64,000 bases of DNA from the human T2T-CHM13v2.0 reference genome, Homo sapiens. How positions within the stretch are numbered: position 1 is the stretch's first letter; each line of letters begins with the position of its first letter. The notes beneath the pieces are model-generated. The model was not told the origin of the DNA and did no database searches. It saw only the letters and a program-made list of their open reading frames with translations. Below are positions 39,781 to 54,859 of this stretch, piece after piece. A program made the position numbers and the translations under genes. The DNA lies in NCBI RefSeq assembly GCF_009914755.1, contig NC_060927.1, one strand, 5' to 3'.

Positions 39781-41139
39781 TATATTTTAGCGGTGGTGGT
39801 GGAAGTGGTTATTGAGGTGGTACTAGTAGGAATAGCAGTAGTAGCGCCAATCAAACTGCCCTCATGAAAATGCTTCAGGACAGTTTGCATATAATGCATG
39901 CACTATTTGTTTCATATTCTAAAATAAACTTCCTATACTTGCCGACTAAGAATTTTATTCATAATTGTAGCATACCTTTCTCTTATTTCAACCTAATCTA
40001 ATCCCGATTTTAATTCATGAAAATGAAGAAAAAATATCTGAGAGGTGATTGAACTTATCTTCCATTTGTAGGTGTGCATATTTTGAAGTAGCTTGAAGTA
40101 GAGAAAAGAACATACATATTGGGTTCAAAAATGACATGATTATATCATCTTTAAAGGATGTTAAAATAGATCAAAATCCCAATTCCCTCATCCGTAAAAT
40201 GGCAGCAATACTATCTGATGGTGTTGTGTGGGATTAATTGTGGTATACTATATAAAGTTCCTGAACATCACCTGGCACATAGTAAATACACAATATATAA
40301 TAACTCTTTTTATTATATCTTAATCTAAATCTCACTTCTATCTTCTACTTTTAGAGGAACTGTGAAAATCATTTTTATATTAAAGTGACAATATTTTCCA
40401 TATCAGTTCTTCCTAAAGAGAGTGAATTGAGTATTTATCACTAATTTTTGATCACTCTTCCTGCTGTCTTGGTCCTTTTGCACCTGATAAAATCTCCAAA
40501 ATGCATTCATTTTATACTAGAGATCTGAAAATCATATCAAATGCTTTATTTCCTGGAGTTTGGATTAATGCAACTGTAACCATTGAAGTTTCTCTCAACT
40601 GAATTAATAATCACTTAATCTTTTGCTGAGCAAGAGCTTAATGCTTTCCTGTTACTCTTGTTCCTTCAAAGAAACTTCAAAGATAAAAATACTGCCTAAG
40701 TATTTTTATCTCCTTTTACCTTCCATAATCTTCATGTTTCTTATCTTTGATGGAAACAAATAAACAATTACAATAAATGATAAATTAGAACCACTTCAAC
40801 ATTTACCTTGTTTTCTCTTTATTCCCATTAATGTTTTTCATATTGCGTTCTTCTCTCCCCTTCTTTAGTTGCTCACACCATTTCATCCATATGATTTCCT
40901 TTTTAAGATTTTCATCCTTTAATAGGTCACCCTTACAGTTAGTATTTGGAGACATAAAATGACAGTAGTTCATATGATTTTCTATAACTACATTCCTTTT
41001 TCTGTTTTTCTTAATTTATTTTCTGTTAACATGTTCAGTTTGGTTTGTATACAACCCACGCTCTCATAGGTATTCTGTGACTTCCACTTGTCTTTTTCTG
41101 TTGAAGTTTCCATAGAAGGGCACCTAGGAATACTTGCTG

Positions 41140-41478
41140 ACTAGACAAAGTTTGTTTTCTTAAACTTGCAAGGCAGAACACCAGCCATCGACCATCTCAG
41201 GAATGTTTCAAAGAGGGAGGTCCAGCAGAATTGGTGAAACTTGGTAAAATAAACCAGTTACTGTAAAAGTGATGAGTTTATCTTTGGAATATTAGTCTGT
41301 GTAAAATCTGAGTTTAGTTAATCTATCTATGGTCTTATTGTGGAAAAATATGGCCATAACACTCGTTAAAATAATTTTCACTCAAGCTACACTGCATGTT
41401 ATTGTTTTTCAGTTTAACTGTTTTGTGAGGCATGGTACAGTTACTTTCCAAATTTTGGGTTCTGTTTAATTTGTCATT
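41140..41478. mobile_element. Probable old LTR fragment (family not identified)
   Basis: LTR-like composition; contains the ~96-bp segment repeated at 43147-43245. Confidence 0.35.
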
Positions 41479-42713
41479 TTTTTCTCCCTTACTCTATTTC
41501 CCTTCTTCCTTTTCTGTGAAGGAGAAAAATATCACCATTTAATATATGGGAAATATACTCAGTCATCTCATAACTAATACATAACAAAAGTAGACCTAAA
41601 ATATGACTATAATCTAAATACTCTTTGCTTATTCTAGCAGCATTTCTAAATAGACTAGAAAATATTTTTAATGATTCATCATTTTTTATGTATACATGAT
41701 TTTTATTGTATAATTGATGAAAATCAAAACCAAATTAATTAATGAACAATATATATTATGGAAACACTCATAATCTGAGACTACTTTATTATCATATTTT
41801 CAGTGTTAATACGTAATTAATTATGTCGTCAAACTGATTTTCAATGTTTTAAATGCAGACTGTGACGGTGTATTTTTAGTAAAAGCTCTAAAATGTTCCC
41901 TCACTGCTTTAGTGGTTACTTTATTTCAAATCATATAAATTGTGAAAAGAAAGAAAATTTGTGTTATTATAGCTTTCAGATGGAATTACAGGAGTCTTCT
42001 TTTAGAGGAATAGATGCCATTTATTTGAGAAATATGGTTCATGAAGTGAAAGTACAGGAAACAATGAAGGAGAATTGGATTAGAGATGAGCAAAGACGTT
42101 TCCCAACTCCCTCAGTGTTTTTGGAAACAGCACAATAAATGCGCAAGGTATTTGCTCAAAATATATAATACACCTGGGCATGAAATATCTCATCTATTTT
42201 ATGTGCCAAACATAAAAAAAACAACAAACCATAACAGGAAAAAACAAAATAATGTATTTTTCTGTCTTCAAAGCATTAAAAGCTTCTGCTTATTTATATG
42301 ACTTTGCTCAGTGAAAAATCTGTAAAATAAATAAGCTGTGCGCTACAAATAAGGACTAATTTGATGAATATAAATGAGGCAAGGTAATTTATTTAGATAT
42401 TAATTTGTGTTTAATAATTTAAAGTCTCTCTTCTGATAAGTTATCCATAATTTTGCATTTATTTTTCTGGGTGAATGGATGCTGTCCTAGTATCAAAAGT
42501 TGGTTCAAGTCACTGGTTCTTCCTGCGATTTGTAAAATCCCAAACTAACTAAACCAAATATGCTAGCACTTTATAGAGTAAAGAGAAAACAGGGGTCAAG
42601 AATGAAGGAAAAAAATTTCCCAAACTTGGGAGAGATTCTTGAAGAGTGGAAAGCTCTAACTATTCAGAATGGTCTCTTTTGTGAGGTGTGAACCCCGCAG
42701 AACAGCTTTCTGA

Positions 42714-43078
<365 letters not shown>

Positions 43079-44073
43079 TAGCTCTAGGTATTAAAACACT
43101 TGATTTGACAGTATTTCCTGGCTCCAAGTTTGGCATGAAAGACGTAAGTCTGTGTAAAATTTGAGTTAAATTAGTCTGTCTATGGTCTTATCCTGGAAAA
43201 TATGACCATAACACTGTTTATTAAAAACAATTTGAACTCAAGCTAGGCCAGTGAATCTCAAGGCTAGAAAATTAGACATTCACAGGGTCACCACAGCAGT
43301 GTGACGGCCAGAGTGGCCAATCAATGATTTGTCAGTGTGTGACAATCTGGGACCTTCAAATGACTCTAGAGAAAGGAAGATCTAATAATGAAGAATGGAT
43401 TATTTACTAGTCCTACAGGACAGTGAGTTAGTTGAAGATCTCTCTGGAAAGTGGCAAACAACCAACATTAACCAAGTTACAGTGTCTCCTTCTGGGGACC
43501 ATGAATGCAGATACAAATGGAGAACCACTAATCTGTAGACAGCCTCAAAATAAATGCTCAAATTTTATAAGGTACAAATAAGAATTATTATGTAATATCT
43601 TATGCTATGGCATTTGTTCTAAGCATATTGAAAGTGAAACACATGGTGTTCTTTCTAAGCACAGGAAAAAATAAATGGTCTTATGTGGTTCCTAGTGCTA
43701 TATGAAAGGCTACCTCCAAGTACAAACTACAAAGTATTAAAAGAAACATCAAAATCATTTCAATGGGGCTAGGGTTCTGGTTTAATTTATTGTTCACCTG
43801 AAATCCATATTTAAACTTGTTTTTAAATTTTCAATAGAAAGCTAAAACTCACTATAAATTATAGAAGTGCACTGGTAACCTTAAATATATTAGAAATATA
43901 CAACCCGTTATTTACCTCTTTGCCTAACTCCTCCATAATTTCTAAATGAACCCTAAACTTACATCCTCTGCAATTACAGTCTTCGCTTTTATTCTGAAGA
44001 AAGAGCAATATTATTTATTTTCACAAATAAGAAATTGTGAATATGTTATATAAATATATCAATTTGTAACTCT

Positions 44074-44094
44074 GTGTGTGTGTGTGTGTGTGTG
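44074..44094. repeat. (TG)n microsatellite
   Basis: About 10 TG units. Confidence 0.9.
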
Positions 44095-44631
44095 CCTCTG
44101 GAATTAGGTACGTCTTTCTGGAGTTTCCTTATTAGTTATACATGGAGTTGTAAATTAATTTCCAGGCCTTACTCTTTTAGCCCAGGACAAAGTTTCAGTA
44201 ATATTTGCTCAAAAGTCTCCAGCTGAGTAGAAACATAAAAATATTCTCTCTATAGCTCCAGAGTTTCATATTTATCTGGCCCTTCACGTATTCTTTTAAC
44301 TCTGTAGGCAAATTATTTTTATTTGCCCCATGGTATACATCTACTTTTTTGACAAATTGTACATGAATTTGAGGTCTGCTTTCTTCTAAAGCGTGTGGAA
44401 ATATAAGTGAAAGAGTAACATAAACCTACAAATAAAAGGAGAATGAAGAAGAAATAAAGTAGAAAGAAAATATTAATACATATTTGAAACTGAAGTGCTA
44501 ATGGTCAAATGGTAACAGACTAGAAAATCTATGCGTTGTAGACAATCTGACCTATGTAGCTTGCAGAAGCATGAAAAAGCTCACATGGTAGAAAAGCTCT
44601 TCTATACCAGGTATAGAAAAACATGGAGGCA

Positions 44632-44915
<284 letters not shown>

Positions 44916-45174
44916 GGCTTTGGACATTAAAAGTCAAAATATTCTTTCAAAGTCCCTGTAAGAAAAACATACTATCTGGCCACCAGTTCTAACTGGAAGA
45001 GGCTGGTAAATGACCCTTCTCTATCTCCACAAAATCATAGACATGTGAAAATGCAACAAGCCTTATTAGAAACAAAACATGAAAAAAAAAACAAGCATGT
45101 TCTGATATTGAATAAAGATATGAATGTTAAACAAAATAAATCTACACGTAGACTCATTATAGTAAAATGAAAAA

Positions 45175-45288
45175 TGTAATGTATTTGCTTACCATTTTTG
45201 CTGTTATAAATGACCACAAGTTTGGTAGCTTAACCTAAATTAATTGTCTTTCAGTTTTGGAGGTCAGAATTCTAAAATGGATGTTGAC
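45175..45288 (-). mobile_element. MLT1 LTR fragment
   Basis: GCTGTTATAAATGACCACAAGTTTGGTAGCTTAA...CAGTTTTGGAGGTCAGAA. Confidence 0.6.
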
Positions 45289-46744
45289 CATATGTCATAA
45301 AGGATACTAAGCACATATTTTTCACATCTAGGATTATTTAAGGTAGATTTTTCTGATTAAGCAATAGAATTTTTAATAATTGCTTTTTCTTTTAAAATAG
45401 AAAAATGTATAGCCTAATAAGAGATTTGTCTCTATGCTTTCTGTGAGCAGAGATTCCCAGATGGTGAGTGTTTTAAAAGTTTTCTTTTGTGTAATGTGAG
45501 TTCTGCCTATACAGTTTAGTTGAAAATTTTCAGAGTGTTTCAAGGGATGACTGTGAATTTCAATTTTTATAAAGGAAAGTTGAATGCAATGTAAAAAAAA
45601 AAGGGTAATGAGAGATTGGCACGTGAAACAAGGTCGTGCTTTTGGGTATGGTGTCATTAAAAATTCAAACTGAAGCTTTTTATTAATTTTATTTAACCTT
45701 GTTAGCCACTACGATTTTGTGTGTGGCAAGAGAGCTTTCTCATGGCAGAGAAGAGAAGAGCTGGTTCACAGTTAATTCTACAAATTGCTTTAAAAAGGTC
45801 ACGTATGTCTTCATACCTTTTAAAATCTATATTCAGATAAAGAATATAATTGTCAGTCAAATTTTTTAAAATTTCAACTATAGCATGCAGATTTGAACTT
45901 TATGTATATGATGTTCTCTGTGTTTTAGCATTTCTTTCCATTCCTTTCCAATTCAATTTTCATACACAGAGTTCTCCATAAAATCTCTGACTGGTTCTTT
46001 GCCAGTAACTGTCTTATTGATAAATTGTAGCTATAGATCCCTTCCAGGCTCTGCTATTGTAGAAAATTTCTATACTTTGGAGCACTGCTACCAAAGTTTG
46101 GAAAGACATTCCGAGTAACAATCCATAGTTATAGAAAATAAGAAAAGAAAAGTGTTATTAATCCAAGCCTATATTCCACATACATATGCTTTCTAGGAAA
46201 ACAGTCATTGGATGAAATTTTTCTTGGAGAATGACAAAATGAACCTTTATGGAAAAGGGAAGAATGAATAAATAAATACAAACATACTGGATACATAACC
46301 AACCTGAATTTTACTCCATGATATAATTATAAAGGGGGTAAATCAAATGGTATCTCAGCCTTTAATAGCAAGACATTCAATGCTTTACGGAAGAGGGAAA
46401 TTTTTGTTAATATCTGTAACTACACTAATTCTATCTATAGAACCACTGATAATTCAGGGTAAGCATAAAAGCTGCTGTAATAGGGAAATCTCTATCTTCT
46501 ATATAACTTTAGTTTAGGATTATTCTGACTTAAAATGTTTAATTATATCCTAAGCCACAGAAGAGTTAATTATGTTATAAGCCAAAATATGTCTTTACCC
46601 ATGATCTTGAATTTGACAACTTATGATATACCAAATGAATATAGACTTTCTCCTAAAAGTGGTCCAGTGTTTCCAAGTTCAAAACAAGTAGCAAAAAATA
46701 TTTTATTTTCATGTAAAACAAGACACATGTCCATAGCCCTAGAA

Positions 46745-46968
46745 ATTGTTTAAGAACACAGATTCTGGAGTCAAATTGCCTTGACTGGAATCTAGACATT
46801 TTTCCACATATTAGCTATGTGGTCTAAGGCTAGTGATATCATATATTTGTGCCTCAGTTCAATCCTTTGTAAAATAAAGTTAATGATAAAGTGTGCACAT
46901 GTTAGGATTATCATGTTCAAAGTGTTTAGAACAGTACGGTGCATAAAACAGCATAGACTAAGTACTAC
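46745..46968 (+). mobile_element. MIR
   Basis: TTAAGAACACAGATTCTGGAGTCAAATTGCC...TGTGCCTCAGTT...TGTAAAAT...AAAGTGTTTAGAACAGT. Confidence 0.8.
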
Positions 46969-46971
46969 ATA

Positions 46972-47134
46972 TGTATGTGTGTGTGTGTGTGTATATATAT
47001 ATATACACACACACACACACATACACACACACGAATATGTTAAACTATCTGAATTTCTCCATCAAACTCTAGCTGTATATATGTATACACATAAATATGT
47101 TAAACTATCTTGAATTTCTCCATCAAACTCTAGC
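46972..47134. repeat. (TG)(TA)(CA) microsatellite plus ~60-bp-period tandem duplication
   Basis: AATATGTTAAACTATCT(T)GAATTTCTCCATCAAACTCTAGC at 47034-47073 and 47094-47134. Confidence 0.9.
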
Positions 47135-47220
47135 CCCAGTTCTTTCTAATTTGGAGTGTTTAGAACAGAAATTGAAGCTTCTGGTATTGTTGAACAAGTG
47201 TGGTTCCTTTATTTTTCTAA

Positions 47221-47551
<331 letters not shown>

Positions 47552-48044
47552 TCAATATTGGATGTTATTTTCTATTTTGGAAATGGCATTTACATTTTGA
47601 ATATTGAACTAGGTAGGGGTCAAAATCCTGATGCTTTGCTGCTAAACTATGATTCTTTCTCTCTAAACTTAAAATGCATTGAGATAAAAAGACAGACCTC
47701 ACATTTTGCCAACACACTTCACCTTATTTAGTACAAAATACTTAAACCAAACATTTTAAATAAGAATACAGATGTTTCTAGTTAGTGAATTAGTTATTTG
47801 TGGTAAACATTAGTTTGGTTCACCAAATGTTCCTGGCTCTTTCGCTTCCTGGAAGTTGCACTTCCAACCCCATTTTAACCAATAAGATGAGAGTGGAAAG
47901 TGAGTGACACTTATTGGTGTAAACTCTACACCGTTCTCCCTCTTGTTTACTTGAGTTAGGATACTAGGGAGGATGTCCCAGTTCTTCTACAGTGAGAATG
48001 AAACATGAGTGCAAAATAGACTTTTGCAGTATTCAGATAATACA

Positions 48045-48560
48045 GACTAGGAAGGGTCTAAGGTTTTCCCTGCTTGTAAGCCTGCAAGTTAGTCTGTTAC
48101 AATTTCATGTCCATATACTGAAAGAAGAGCATAAGATCCTTAGATCAAAGGAATAGACCATGTATTACTGTCAGCAAAATCTACAGAGTACTTCCTCCAG
48201 GATTCTCACAGCAGGATGAAGTTTAATTGTTTAGATGTGCATGCAGGGAGCTGTACTACAGGGGAGGAAACCCAGAAAAGATTCTAAGTTTGTATGGAAC
48301 TGGTGATACATCTGCCTATCCTCTCCTCTAGAGTAAAAGCTCTTAGTCATTAAGCAGCTCTCTTTCCGGGAGACAGAGAGATGTCTCTATGTTTATTATC
48401 CTGCAGTATGTTAAATGTGTTAGAGGAAAAATAAGACAAGAACTTTACATTTCTGAATCTCTCCAGAGGAATACACTATCTCTAGCTTCCAAGGCATGTT
48501 TGTCTTTCAAATATGCCTTTTGTTCAGAAAGCATGAACTGTACTCCTTAGAATTTATATC
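48045..48560 (-). mobile_element. Old ERV LTR (family uncertain) inserted in an MLT1-like remnant (~47790-48040, 48560-48600)
   Basis: GGAAGGGTCTAAGGTTTTCCCTGCTTGTAAG..GCAAGTTAGTCTG..ACAATTTCATG LTR-terminal motif. Confidence 0.45.
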
Positions 48561-51399
48561 TCAATACTACCGAGATTTGGAGATTGTTACATTTTATTTA
48601 AAATATTTCACCTACTTATTATCAAAACATATACATAATTATTAAGACAGATTTTTTTCTAAAATAACAAAGCTATATGAATTGTCCTATAGATTATCTT
48701 TGTCTTACTTCTAATAATCTAAGAAAAAAAATTTCGAGCATCTATACGTGACCACTTAGCTGGCTACAGAAAATAACCCCTAGGAGATTACATATGGGCT
48801 TTTACCACATACAAACACACATGAAAAAATAAAATGTGAGTCAGATATAAAACTAGCTGAAGTGTTCAAAGCAGCTCTAAAGTTTTACTATTCACTGGCA
48901 ATTGATGAATTTGATGAAATGTGCTTACTACAGCGAAAGAGAAATAAACAGTGTAATAAAACTCTTTATAACATAGTTTTAACTTTTTAGAAATCTGAAG
49001 CAGGCAATAATTTTGGATATATATATATTCCCCCAAAAAAGTTTGCGTTCAAATAAATTTCAGATATCTTATGTAAAGATACCCTAAATTTATCTCATAC
49101 AAGTTACCCTACATGTATTTGAACACAATCTTTTTTTTCTCACAATGCACGTAAAATCTTGTGAAAATAATGCTGCAGACAAGACAAACTGCAAAACACT
49201 AGGAAGTACAATCAGATGCAATAACATTAAAATATAGTTCTACAAGAATTTGGAAATTTGGAAATGAAGAATATATTTTCAGAGAAAAAATTCTCAGGAT
49301 TCAAGACAAGCCATACATAAGAAAATGAAGCTCTTCTTGTGTAATAGAAACATCAATCACTTTAGATATATGGTTATTCAGTCCAGCAGCTTTTTCTCCT
49401 CTCATCTCTTCTTCACCTCTAAACTATATGCTATACTCAAAGCATACTGACTTCAAATTTGAAGATCTATCTATGCTGAACTCCAGGTCAAAATACATCC
49501 GATGTAGATGTTTTACATACATCTCTGTGTTGACTACCGTTGATTTGCACTCAGCTTTCAGCTTTCATGCCCACCTGCTTCAAATACATCTTCCTGAAAC
49601 AAAGTTCTGAAAGCTAAAATCTGCGTTTCCCAGAACACACTGCGGTGAATACTCTGCCAATCAATTTCTTCCAGTTAAATGCATTTGTGCAGTATTTGTA
49701 AGGCAATTGTTTTTCTTATCCTGCGATCACGAGGACAGATCTAGAGAAACCTTCTCTCAGTACCCCAAGAGGTGAATGATTGAACAATGAAATGTGGAGA
49801 CTGGTCACTGCCGCCATCACAGTATTCCCAAAGTTACAGGCTGGGCAATGGGACATTATTGTAGAAAACACTTATGCACAATGCCAAAGCAACAAGGAGA
49901 TAGTCTCTGATAAATCTTGAATGATAACTTTCCCTGATTCTCTGTGTTAAAATAATGGCTTCCTTCTCTTCTGCTTCCACAATTTACATAATTTGCACAT
50001 ATGCTGCTCATGTATGACTCCCACAATAAATTGTAAAACACTTTGGACAATATAGGACACTTTAAAATGAGACAGTACTGATGGATTTATGCTAATCAAG
50101 ACAGTGCTGCCAATATCATTAAGCACATAGGCCAAAAGAGTAGATGTGAATGACAAAAGAAACGAGGATGTTCTTACTAAAAGAATGGGTGGTCAAAAAA
50201 GCAACTGAAGATTATCATAGGATTGCAACCTGTAAATTTTATTATTGCTTTAATTTTTCCAAATATGAAAATGTTGTTTACTGCAATTCGGCAAATATTA
50301 AAATATGGTTGAAATGTCATTATCACTCAGAAACAGAATTGGTAGAGAATAAAGAGTCAGGTTAAAGTTTAAAAAATTGATGATCATATAATCTAGTTAG
50401 TGTTAGAAGTAGAATTGAGTGACTATATTTGAGATACAGTATTTAACATGTGCCTATTGCATAATGTGTTATAAATCCCTGAAGAAAACGGTTATGTACA
50501 GAGCCTTCAAACTTCTACTTTCTTCATTCTAATGCATTGAGAATGTCAACTCTGATGACTTATAGTCCAATTATGAACTTTACCATTAGAGCATTCAATC
50601 TGAATCTTAGTTGTTTTTAATAATAATAATGATAATAATAATAATAATTCAGAACAGTTTATCGTCAGAAAGAATTTCTGAGAAGCAATTTCCCATGAAA
50701 ATTAAAAGAGTAAAAGCATTCTTTTGTTTAGTTCTTCCACCCAAGATAAAGTTCATGGTCTCAGTGGGCTCAGCACAAGAATTCATAAAACATGATCTAA
50801 AATCCTCTGTTTTCTTTATGAAGAATGCTTATATAACCCTGCATAATGTGTACTTAGAATGGCAGCCTACGAGAGCAAAGCTTGTTTCACTCTTTCTGAG
50901 AACTGTGGCATGATCTCAATCCCACATTTACATTCTTTTTCCCAGATACATCTCAGAATGTTGAGAGACGTTTAACAAAAAATGAGAATATTATCTCCCT
51001 AACCTACCTAGTTGGTCAATAATCAATTATCATAAAATATAAAACTGATATGAAGAATTTAAAACGTTTTTATTCATAGTCATTTCTTCAGGATAAAAAA
51101 TGGTGCTGAATTTGACAGTGGCTTACAATATATAATTTGAGAACATGTTTTCTTAAGAAGCTGAGTGGTATTCTTTGTAAATACACTTCTATGTGACTGG
51201 ACATTGAAAGGAAATATTAAGTTTACTTCAGAGAATTTTTTGTTTCAGGTTAACCAAACAACTTATTTTGTCTTTATAGTGCTGCTTGTTTCTTTCTTAT
51301 TGTCTTGTTTCTCCACAGACTACTACAAAGTATAGTAGTTTCTCTAAAAGGTAAAATTAAATCTGTCACTCCTTAGGCACTTATACTTTGGGAGGATTT

Positions 51400-51402
<3 letters not shown>

Positions 51403-51441
<39 letters not shown>
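51403..51441. repeat. (CA)n microsatellite
   Basis: About 19 CA units. Confidence 0.95.
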
Positions 51442-51442
<1 letters not shown>

Positions 51443-51659
51443 ACAGACATTTATTAAATTGTCTTCCAAGTACTACATTAGAAAACAAGTAGATGCTGTT
51501 ATTTATTTATATAAAATTTCAGTGTAAAATACATCTCTCAGACAGGAGGCATTTAAATTGAGATGTCTAATTCAAAGTACTTTTCTTCCCATTCCCATTA
51601 CACCTTGCACATACTGAAATCATAACATTGATTATACTGAATTATTATAATATGGTAAG

Positions 51660-51787
51660 AAGTTGTCAACCCCTTTCCCAACCTCTACTATGAGCTCCTG
51701 GAGGGCAAATCTGTGTTTGATTCATCTTTATATTCTGAATGCCTATGTCAGTGCCAGCACATAATAAATCCTCTCTAAATATTTACT
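51660..51787 (+). mobile_element. L2 3' end
   Basis: TATGAGCTCCTGGAGGGCA...TTCATCTTTATATTC...CAGTGCCAGCACATA. Confidence 0.7.
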
Positions 51788-51788
51788 A

Positions 51789-52154
<366 letters not shown>

Positions 52155-52179
52155 CTACAAGTCACATATAAATTGATGA

Positions 52180-53047
52180 AAACTGAAATGTTACCATATG
52201 ACATAATTTTAAATGGCCTCATAATTTTATTTCTCTTCTCACAACATGTTATTTAACTTCTTATTTATTCTATCAAGTAGTTATATACATATAAAAACAC
52301 TTACAATGTGGTGGAGGCTTTTCCTCCCCCTTTCCAGACACGTTGCTCGGAACCTTCCTATTTTTCATGTAATAATATATCTCAGAGATCTGTTCATATT
52401 AGAACATAATGACTTTGACATTTTTAACAGCTAAATAATATTCCATTCTAAGATGACAAAAAATTATATAGTAATTTCTGTGTAGTTTGGCTTTTAGAGC
52501 CTCCACTCAATCTTGTGCTAGAGCAGACAACACTATAAGTGAGCCAAATTTTACAGGTCAATTACATATATATATGAAATGCAATATGTCGGACAAATTC
52601 TCAAAATCAGATTTTCTGTGTCAAAATTACTTTTGTAAAATATATAAGACTAACAACGTGCCTTCCACATGGATTGTGCCAATTTACCTCCTTTCCAGCA
52701 ATTAATAAGAGTTGGTAGTTTATACATCATTTCCAATAAACTGAGTTATCAAATTTGAACTTTTGTCAATCTCCTCTACTAATTTTAGTCTAGATCTCTG
52801 TCTTAATAAATGGGGTTGGATATCTCTTCATAGGTATAAATGTCTTTTTGTGTTTGTTCTTGAGCTTTTGTCCATTTTCCCATTTTGTTAGAAAGTAGCC
52901 GTTTGTTTGCAGGTGATATTTATATAATAGTGAGAGAAGTACTGCTAATTTATGTCTGTGATAATGTGCTATAAATATTTTATATTGATATTTATATAGT
53001 TTATGTATGTATGTGTATGTATGTGTGTGTGCATAAATATGTGTGTG

Positions 53048-53079
<32 letters not shown>

Positions 53080-53150
53080 TATGAATGGATGTGTGTATGT
53101 ATGCCAAAACTGATCAGTCTTCATGAGTTTAAAAATATCGGAGTGTTAAA
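52180..53150 (-). mobile_element. Degenerate L1ME-type 3' region with TG/CA microsatellite (~53005-53100)
   Basis: CCACATGGATTGTGCCAATTTAC..CTTTCCAGCAA..AATAAGAGTT; TTTTGTCCATTTTCCCATT. Confidence 0.55.
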
Positions 53151-53158
53151 ATCAGTAT

Positions 53159-53707
53159 TGTATTAGTCAGGGTTCTCTAGACGGACAGCAACAGTAGGAT
53201 ATATATATATGAAAAGGGGTTTATTAAGGAGTATTGACTCATACGATCACAAGGTGAAGTGCCACAATAGGCCATCTGCAAGCTGAGGAGCCAGGAAGCC
53301 AGTCCAAGTGCCAAAACCTCAAAAGTAGGGAAGCTGACAGTGGAGCCTTCAGTCTGTGGTCAAAGGCCCCAGAGCCCATGGCAAACCACTGGTGTAGGTC
53401 CAAGACTCCAAAAGCTGAAGAACATGGAGTTCGATGTTTGAGGGCAGGAAGCCTGCAGCACAGGAGAAAGATGGAGGCCAGAAGACTTAGCCAGTCTAGT
53501 CTTTCCATGTCCCCCGGTCTGCTTTTATCTTAGCCACACTGGCAGCTGGCTAGATGGTGTCCAACCAGATCAAGAGTGGGTCTGTCTCTCCTAGTCCACT
53601 GACTCAAATGTTAATCTCTTTTGGGCAACACCCTCACAGATACACCCAGGAACAATACTTTGCATCCTTCAATCCAGTCAAGTTGGAACTCAATAATAAC
53701 CATCACA
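53159..53707 (-). mobile_element. MLT2A (MLT2A2-length) HERV-L solo LTR
   Basis: TGTATTAGTCAGGGTTCTCTAGA...AACCATCACA, 549 bp; perfect TSD AGTAT. Confidence 0.93.
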
Positions 53708-54508
53708 AGTATTAAGTCTCATTAACCTGGAGCTTTTATGACAATTGCAGTTGAATTAAATGCAGTCTAATACTCCTGCCAGCTGTGAATATTTATCTGC
53801 TAGGAAGATATTTTGTTAAGTAGAAATGTAAACCATAAATACTATATATGCTTAATAAAATAATATTTAAACTAGTTTAAAATAAAATTATTAAATAAAT
53901 GAAAAAGCAACATAAAAATTTAATGGTAAGATAAAAACCTGAATTAAATATTTTCATCTTTCCAATGGTCAGTTTTCTAAAGTGTCAAAAGAATACTGTC
54001 ATAACTTTACAATATAACTTCATCAAAACTGAGCATCTTCACTTCTTTGTTTTTTCTATGTATTATGAATCCAACTTAGAGTTTACAATAGACATATGAT
54101 AATTCCAAAATCAAATCCAAGACCCTTCTACTGCTGTCACTGTCACTTTAATAGGATAATAGCAACATGAACATGCTACTTAGGCCCTTTATGTTTTAAT
54201 AACCAGAGATGCCTTCAACTTTCCTGACAAAAGAAAATTATTTTATGATGCCTGTGAACTGGAATAAAAACCAAGAGTATTCTTGCAATCTTTCTCTTCA
54301 GTGGCACCTCTAAAATACTCTTGGTTATTTTCCTCCTGTCTCCTCCTCCCCTCTGTGTTTTAATAACATAATTTTGTTTTGTCAAATTATTTTATTTGCC
54401 TCTTGGGCAGAGCCCTTAATCAAATTCAGGGTACCAATGGATTACCATATATACAGTGCCCTCTAATAGTCAAACTAAAGTTTCCTTCAAGAGGTAAAGA
54501 AAATGTAG

Positions 54509-54859
<351 letters not shown>

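Noticed and set aside
53540-53560. DUX4 site in the MLT2A LTR
   Set aside because: The corresponding position reads TGGCTAGATGG, which is degraded relative to the motif
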